Part shown: one piece after another, positions 58,443 through 64,000 of the stretch
How positions within the stretch are numbered: position 1 is the stretch's first letter
How the letters are laid out: the number at the start of each line of letters is the position of its first letter
Virus record (IMG/VR): IMGVR_UViG_3300023179_000011
Coordinates: 1-64,000 of that record
Reading direction: 5' to 3' (one strand)
DNA: 64,000 bases
Source of the DNA: a virus
Notes under the pieces: generated by a model
Databases searched by the model: none
Seen by the model: only the letters and a program-made list of their open reading frames with translations
Told to the model about the DNA's origin: nothing
Translations under genes and position numbers: made by a program

Positions 58443-59386
58443 GACTCCATCGGAAGGACACGCCGTCTGGGCGCGTTTGTAATCATGTTGTCGAGCGCCG
58501 TCTTTACCTCACCCATTTGCTGCGTCAGGCTTTGACGCAAGTTGGTGTTCTTGCGCAGATCCGCAACGTCCACGCCGGAAACAATGTTGGTTGCCTGCTC
58601 AATGAGCCTGTCGAGCTGTGCGTTAGACCGCACGTTCATACGCCGAAAGTTTTCAGAGAACTCTTTGAAGTTCTCGATTGCCGACGCCTTGAACGTTTTC
58701 TTTGTGCCGTCGGGTTCGTCGGTCAGCCGTTCGATAAGGTGCGCGATCATGTCCTGCAGCTGCTCCGCAAACGCGTTTTCAGCCATGACTACCGCCGTTT
58801 CAAACCGATGCTGCACGCGCTGCTGCTCCTGCTGATACAGCTCAGGATTGAAAGTCATGAGATAGTTTGGCGGATCAACTGGCGGATACTCCCACCTGAT
58901 ATCAAAGACGCCTTCTAACGACGGCGGATAATCTGCCGCGTTATACAGATCGCCAAGCTTTTCGCGCGCGGCGGTTTTGATAGTTTCATACTCCAGCTGC
59001 AGATTTGCGGCAGCGGCGACCAGCTGCTCTTTATACTCGCGCATCCTATCCTCGAACGCGCCAATGTCAGACTGCTTGATTAGCCGAACACCGTCTTGCG
59101 GATACGGTAACGTCATTGAACGCCAATACGCTGACGCCTGACTCTTGAGCGTCGTAAGCACACGATACGTCGTGTTCTTAGTATCAATCAGGCGCTTCGA
59201 CGCTGTGACCAGATCAGTAGCCGCGTGAAACGTGTCAGCAGCCTGCTTGGTTTGCGCGTCCGAAAGTTTGCGCTGCGTTCCCAGCCATGAAAACGACAGC
59301 TTTACGGCGCCCATAGTCTGGCGTAATTCGCTTGCTGTTTGTTCAACCGCTGTATTTTCTGCGGACACTGTGTCTGTTGTATTCAT
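58439..59386 (-). CDS. DUF3150-like protein
   Basis: VKLSFSWLG.QRKL; ASKRL; WRSMTLPY..DGVRL; LYNAADYP; F.I.W.YP. Confidence 0.5.
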   Translation of the reverse strand: MNTTDTVSAENTAVEQTASELRQTMGAVKLSFSWLGTQRKLSDAQTKQAADTFHAATDLVTASKRLIDTKNTTYRVLTTLKSQASAYWRSMTLPYPQDGVRLIKQSDIGAFEDRMREYKEQLVAAAANLQLEYETIKTAAREKLGDLYNAADYPPSLEGVFDIRWEYPPVDPPNYLMTFNPELYQQEQQRVQHRFETAVVMAENAFAEQLQDMIAHLIERLTDEPDGTKKTFKASAIENFKEFSENFRRMNVRSNAQLDRLIEQATNIVSGVDVADLRKNTNLRQSLTQQMGEVKTALDNMITNAPRRRVLPMES

Positions 59387-59971
59387 TCAGTCTTCCTCTT
59401 CGTCTTGTTCAACGTTGGCAACCCACTCGTCGAGCGCAAACGCGTGTACAAGTCTTTTTGGTAGTTTTTCTAATTCAGCCAGATTGGTTGGCACGCTAAA
59501 CTCTTGAATGTCACCGTTGCTATAAATTCCGCAAAAACCTACGCCCGGCTCAAAGCAGTAGGCGGTGATATCAAAACTCTCAACAATACGCAGGTGGTCG
59601 AAAAATTGAATCGGGGGCGACCAAGCCGTATCGAAAACGAGTGTAATGTGCTTGGCTTTTGATGGCACGCGTTTTGGCGTTTGATCCGTCTCGCGCCCGA
59701 CATCCCATTTCGTACCCCAATGACCGACTTGCCAGTCGTACCAATTTTTGGCCCCGTACAACGCAATGTTTTGCTGCTCTTGTGCTTCTAGCGCGAGTTG
59801 CGCAGCAGACCCGGCAGGTCCGACGCAACCAGCGACTGTAGCTTTTAATTCAGCTGGGCACGGTAAAAACGTACCCATAAGACAACCACTGTTCCATGCG
59901 CGCACCAACTTGTGCAACTGCTCCGGGTCGTTGTGTTTAAACGTAACTTTGTTGGCGCACCAGTTAGGCAT
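59387..59971 (-). CDS. DUF1281/YubB ferredoxin-like protein
   Basis: MPNWC.N; NWYDWQ..HWGTKWD; FDTAWSPP; Y.FEPG..FCG. Confidence 0.8.
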   Translation of the reverse strand: MPNWCANKVTFKHNDPEQLHKLVRAWNSGCLMGTFLPCPAELKATVAGCVGPAGSAAQLALEAQEQQNIALYGAKNWYDWQVGHWGTKWDVGRETDQTPKRVPSKAKHITLVFDTAWSPPIQFFDHLRIVESFDITAYCFEPGVGFCGIYSNGDIQEFSVPTNLAELEKLPKRLVHAFALDEWVANVEQDEEED

Positions 59972-60034
59972 GATTTGGCGTGCAATCCGCAGCTGCGGGG
60001 CGCTTCCGCCCCGCAGCCGCAGTATTGCTAGCAC

Positions 60035-60571
60035 TTAGCCCTTTGCAGGAGCCGCGACGCGACGCGGACGTGACGACGTGACAGCCGGCTTACCAACACG
60101 CGTGTAAATACCGCGGTTGTCAGCCGACAGGCAGCGACCCTCAGCCCAGTTCCGCAGCCGCTCGATCTGCTCAGCCGACGTCACCGAAATCGGTACGACG
60201 TTCTGGGCAGCTTCGACGAGCGGGATATCAAGCAGCGCAGCGAGCCTGCAGCACGACTTGATCTCGGCGCCGGTCCAGTTGGCGTCGTCCGGCTTTTCCT
60301 GCGACGCATCGACACCGAAGTGCTTGAGGTAAATATCCCAGATCGCTGCGCGCTGGTCGGCGCCGGGCAGATCCACGAAGAAGATACCGTCGAAGCGCTC
60401 GGCGCGGGCAAACGGCGCCGGCAGCTGACTGGCGTCGTTACAGGTACCGATAAAAAACACATCCGACGTATGATCGTTGAGCCATGTCAGCAGCGTGCCG
60501 AACAGCCGGGCGGAGACACCCGAATCGGTCTGCCCGGAGCTTCCAACGCCAGCAAGACCCTTCTCGATTTC
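60035..60571 (-). CDS. AAA+ ATPase (Ycf46-like), exon 2
   Basis: Begins GAA ATC GAG AAG: EIEKGLAGVGSSGQTDSGVSARLFGTLLTWL...FFIGTCND...RAERFD..FFVDLP...WTGAEI. Completes Walker B. Confidence 0.92.
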   Translation of the reverse strand, partial: EIEKGLAGVGSSGQTDSGVSARLFGTLLTWLNDHTSDVFFIGTCNDASQLPAPFARAERFDGIFFVDLPGADQRAAIWDIYLKHFGVDASQEKPDDANWTGAEIKSCCRLAALLDIPLVEAAQNVVPISVTSAEQIERLRNWAEGRCLSADNRGIYTRVGKPAVTSSRPRRVAAPAKG

Positions 60572-61380
60572 CGTTGATGTTACGAATTAGCCGTTTCCGC
60601 TAATTCTCCTGTATTTTCATACAGGACCAGACTATGTCATCTTGTAGCGTCGCACGTTGCATCTGTTGCACAAACCTTTTGATGCGTGCGGCGAAGTGGT
60701 TAGCCCGCAGGAAACGCACGCGTCGTATTGCGTGCTCCAGCGGCCGGACTTTAATAATTTTGGCGTGGCGTATTTTGCTGTGCGTGCCGCCTGTAGTTCT
60801 GTTTTGTGTTCTAACAAATGACAGCGTCTACAAACAGTTTCAAGATTGTTTAATGCGTTGTTTGGATTTTTATTTCCACGCCCTAAACGATCTTTGTGGT
60901 GTACGACAAGTTTTTTCTTTTTGCCGCAACGAAAACATTGTTGTTCGTCGCGTTCAATTACGGCTGTTCTTTTGCCGTTAAAATGTCGTTGTTCGCGGTA
61001 ATTTTTTCGATACTGCAAACAATCGGCATGGTTGTCGTAATACCATTGTTTTTTGGTTTCGGCTATGCGTTGATGATTCTTGTCGTCATTGCGATAGCGT
61101 TCCAAATAACAAATTTTGCACAGTTCTTTTGCCATATGCGGACGCTCAGTCAGGCCGCACGATTGGCAACAGGAACATTTTTTTGACCACATCTCAAAAC
61201 TCTACTACAAGGCCCCCATTTCGAACCCACTTGGGTCCTACGATCTTTCGATCTAGTCGTTGAACCTTCCAAGTATATGAGTACTTGGCTTGGCTGCAAG
61301 TTGCCCGGCTTACGCTGAGGGGTTTCTTGCAATTAAAGGGCTTTTCACTGATTTGTCGCCAAATCAGGGGACTGAATTCA
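60572..61380 (-). mobile_element. group I self-splicing intron (IA-like, 809 nt) carrying an HNH ORF in L8
   Basis: 5' exon ends ...GGAU; P1 GGAU/GUCC has a U-G wobble. P4 UGCAAG/CUUGCA; P6a CCAAGUA/UACUUGG; R GUUCAACGACUA; P7 GACUA/UAGUC; P7.1/P7.2 hairpins; P8 CUUGUAG/CUACAAG; P9 hairpins; terminal G at 60572. Confidence 0.93.
60632..61192 (-). CDS. intron-encoded HNH homing endonuclease
   Basis: RDEQQCFRCG...VVHHKD...NALNNLETVCRRCHLLEH core. The stop codon lies inside the P7 3' strand. Confidence 0.9.
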   Translation of the reverse strand: MWSKKCSCCQSCGLTERPHMAKELCKICYLERYRNDDKNHQRIAETKKQWYYDNHADCLQYRKNYREQRHFNGKRTAVIERDEQQCFRCGKKKKLVVHHKDRLGRGNKNPNNALNNLETVCRRCHLLEHKTELQAARTAKYATPKLLKSGRWSTQYDACVSCGLTTSPHASKGLCNRCNVRRYKMT

Positions 61381-62328
61381 ATCCACGAACAGGACGCACG
61401 GAGCCATCGCGTCAACCTGCTTGAGCGCGCGGCGCATGTTACCCTCGGACTCACCCACGAACTTACCCATGAGCGAACCGAAATCCAGCATTACGGTCGG
61501 ACGACCGACCTCATTGCCAAGTGCTTTGGCAAACTGCGACTTGCCGCAGCCCGGAGGCGACAGCAGGAGAACGCCCTTGGGGCGCTTGTCTACGTTGGTT
61601 TCTCCCTGCCGCCGCATAGCGCGCAGGCAGAAACTCTTCAAGTTTTCTAGGCCGCCAAGATTCTCGAAATTGGCGTCGCCACGATAGAGCGTCATCGTAC
61701 CGCTCTTTTCAAGCGTCTGCGCCTTGATACCCCAGATCGTATCGGGCGACAGCTTGTTGTTGCGTACCAGCGACAGCGCGAACGCATTCTCGGCTTCCTG
61801 CCGAGTCAGGCCGCGGGAGGCGTCAACCACCGCCGCAACTTCATGCTCGGTCGGCTTGGCGAACGGGGAGCCGTCAGGAAACAGCTCGTTGCAGACGGTC
61901 TTGAGTTGTTCCAGATCTGGCAGCTCGTGATGAACTACCGTAAACAGCTTCTCGACCTCGGGCTGCAGCTGCAGCACCGGCGCGACGATAATGATATGTT
62001 TACCTTCGCCCTTACCCTGCACGACGCGGTTTGCAAGTGCCTGCAGCACTTCCGGGTTGCCGAGAAACCGGTGAAAGTTCTTTAGCACAATAAGCATGGG
62101 CTGCTTGGGTTGCGGCTGATCAAGAAACCGCAACGCCTGCAGCGGACCGGGAGCCTGTGCGTTCCCCGAATAAAGCTGGCGGTCGATGTCCCAGACATCG
62201 AATCCCCATTCCTTCTCTTCCGTTACACGACGAATCGACGCAATCGCGTCGTCGCACTCCTGCGATTCAACCCAGATGCCGGAGAAGCCGGCGCATACCA
62301 GCTCCTTGATTTCTTTTTCGAGCGACAC
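61381..62328 (-). CDS. AAA+ ATPase (Ycf46-like), exon 1
   Basis: GGLENLK; PKGVLLLSPPGCGKS (Walker A); VGESE.NMR.AL; APCVLFVD, with Walker B cut before its Glu. Spliced product is 494 aa. Confidence 0.92.
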
Positions 62329-62367
62329 TTGTGACCTTTGATGTTGTGTTGTGGGTACTAGTTACTG

Positions 62368-62559
62368 TCAGTTGCTTTCGGCGATCTGCTCGTCGTTACT
62401 GGTTGTGTAAAACTCGCCGGTTAGCTGCTCGTCTACCTTTGCGCCCAGCGCCTGCTCCAGCGCGCGGGTTGCGTCCTGACAAGAGCTGCCCGTAAAGCCG
62501 CTCGTTTCAATCTTGGTGCCGCCCTTCGGGTCAACAATGATTTCGATAGTCTTCGACAT
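62368..62559 (-). CDS. DUF2997-like protein
   Basis: IEIIVDPKG.TKIETSGFTGSSCQDATRALEQALG. Confidence 0.8.
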   Translation of the reverse strand: MSKTIEIIVDPKGGTKIETSGFTGSSCQDATRALEQALGAKVDEQLTGEFYTTSNDEQIAESN

Positions 62560-62561
62560 GT

Positions 62562-62927
62562 TTAGAAACCTCCCGTCAGGCTGAGTTTGACCGAACCGTC
62601 CGGCAGCATTTCCTCAAACACCGAGTAGCCGCCCTTCTGCGCCTCATAAATCGCTTTCTCGACCGCATACGCCTGCAGGAACCTGTCCAGCTCTTCCTGC
62701 TTGCCCCACGCGCCGTTGTAGTTGTCATAGTTCGCGGCGCCGGTTTCCGTATTGAACACAGCCGGGAACTGCCAGCCGGGAAGCTTTACAGCGAGACCGT
62801 CCGCCGACTGCCCGGCGAAAAGAACGTGATGACCGGCCTTCGGCGCCTCAAGGCCGAGACGCTTGCAGGCCGCTTCGACGGCAGCCGCGTCTTTTACTTC
62901 CGTCTTGATTTGAACGATATGAGACAT
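62562..62927 (-). CDS. DUF1257 (Ycf35-like) protein
   Basis: MSHIVQIKTEVKD..AVEAACKRLG...LQAYAVEK. Confidence 0.8.
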   Translation of the reverse strand: MSHIVQIKTEVKDAAAVEAACKRLGLEAPKAGHHVLFAGQSADGLAVKLPGWQFPAVFNTETGAANYDNYNGAWGKQEELDRFLQAYAVEKAIYEAQKGGYSVFEEMLPDGSVKLSLTGGF

Positions 62928-62928
62928 G

Positions 62929-63958
62929 TTAGCCTCGATGATCCTTTTCTTTTAGGTAGTGTTGAAGTGCGCACACAATTGTGCTTTCAAATATCTCGGG
63001 CGTTATGTAGTCAGTGCCCGCAAAATACGCTAATACTGCGACCGCAGCGTCGCGGTCATATATCGATTTAAAAACGCGCGGACCGTGCGGCGTGTCCAGC
63101 CGATACTCTGCGATGTCGTGTAGCGTAACGACTTCGGGTACGGCTATTATTTCGCCGTGTTTACGCCGCAACTCGTTTAATTCATCGAGTGCCGACAAGA
63201 TCCGTTCGCGATCGTCGTCGAAACTGCTCTCGTCGGTATATGGCGTCATCGATACGCCACAACCTCTGCGCGCGTTTCCACCCAGACATGCGCGCCACAA
63301 GCAAGCGGAGCGTCAGGAGAGTAGACCACGCAAGACTTGCCGCGCACGTCTACGTTTTTTGCCGCGTACGTTTTGTTTCGCCATTTTATTGTTAGCGGCG
63401 GAACACGTATGTTTTGCTTTTTATTGTCGCGAATAATGTGCTGGTTAACGTGAATACGTTTGATCGTACCAGCCGGCATTGTCATTTCATCAGCGTCGCC
63501 CGGGAAACGCAGCGGAATACGGGGCTCAAGTAGGCAGACGTCTTCTGTCGCCATTGGTAAAGATATTTATCCGCGTCGGTGCGGTCGTCCGTGACCGCCA
63601 CCGCCCGCGGAAAACTTTACTAAGACATCATGGAGCGCAGCTGCTTGTGCTCCGCCAAGATTTCTCCGGCGGTGTCGTAGCAACCGTCGCACGCCGCCAG
63701 AAACGCCGTGGCAGCCTTCAGCTGGTCCATCGGCAGCGTTGTCGAGCCGGTCGGGCCCTTCGCTACCGGGCGCTTCGGCGCAACCTTGGCGGGTTCCGCC
63801 TTGGCGTGCTTCCTACGCGCCGCGTCGCGGCTACGTTCTTCTCCGGCCGCAACAGCAGTCGCCGGGCCGCGCTTTCCAGAAGCGACGCCCGCCTTTTTCA
63901 ACAGCTGGCTCACCTGAGCCGGGCTGACCGTTACACGCTTCTTGGCGAGCGCTGCCAC
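62929..63958 (-). other. three small hypothetical CDSs (about 62929-63249, 63246-63554, 63620-63958)
   Basis: Colinear ORFs; 63246-63554 has the IHVNQH.I..N......PPLTIK...Y.PD.PL.CGA.VW.ET phage motif. Confidence 0.6.
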
Positions 63959-64000
63959 GATATCAACACCGCGGAGCGAATCGCCAGACTCCTGCCGACG

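Noticed and set aside
61378-61380. Stop-codon readthrough or recoding (TGA) in the AAA gene, or a pseudogene
   Set aside because: The TGA is the first three intron bases and is removed by splicing. Genes throughout the window end normally at TAA, TAG and TGA, so there is no sign of an alternative code.
61194-61454. 86-aa ORF inside the intron
   Set aside because: It overlaps the ribozyme core (P1-P8) and exon 1 in another frame; incidental.
56-63927. Plus-strand ORFs in the track (e.g. 19284-19877, 46248-46940, 52760-53404)
   Set aside because: They are antisense shadows of well-supported minus-strand genes, with no motifs or RBSs.
1-64000. CRISPR array or cas operon accompanying the RAMP gene
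   Set aside because: No 25-45 bp direct repeats with spacers are visible in any intergenic region, and no Cas1, Cas2, Cas5, Cas6, Cas8 or Cas10-like ORF was recognised.
1-64000. Diversity-generating retroelement or retron
   Set aside because: No reverse transcriptase motif (YxDD context) and no template/variable repeat pair were seen.

Overview
This window is 64 kb of a large (probably jumbo) tailed dsDNA phage genome, possibly infecting a planctomycete-like host (inference). Every credible gene is on the minus strand and uses the standard genetic code. In transcription order (64000 to 1) it holds four blocks. (1) An early region of small proteins, including a DUF1257-DUF2997-AAA ATPase module; the ATPase is split at its Walker B motif by an HNH-carrying group I intron (60572..61380). 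(2) An XRE-HTH/deoxyhypusine-synthase-like fusion, a structured ncRNA candidate and tRNA-Gln(UUG). (3) A tightly coupled replication/recombination operon: SbcD, SbcC, an IS110/Nop-fold protein, a minimal RAMP (Cas7-like) protein, an SF2 helicase with a class 3 intein, DnaB, primase, UDG-PolA fusion, SSB-like, DUF262 and RecA. (4) Two glycosyltransferases, RuvC, a portal protein with an intein and a Zn-ribbon insertion, a degenerate HD protein, dTMP kinase and the start of a tail-type protein. The most interesting signal is the pair of apparently non-catalytic relatives of RNA-guided proteins (Nop-fold plus RAMP) embedded in the core replication operon. I found no CRISPR, TIGR-type or GGY/NN-type array in the window. 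All family names come from motif recognition by eye, not from database searches.
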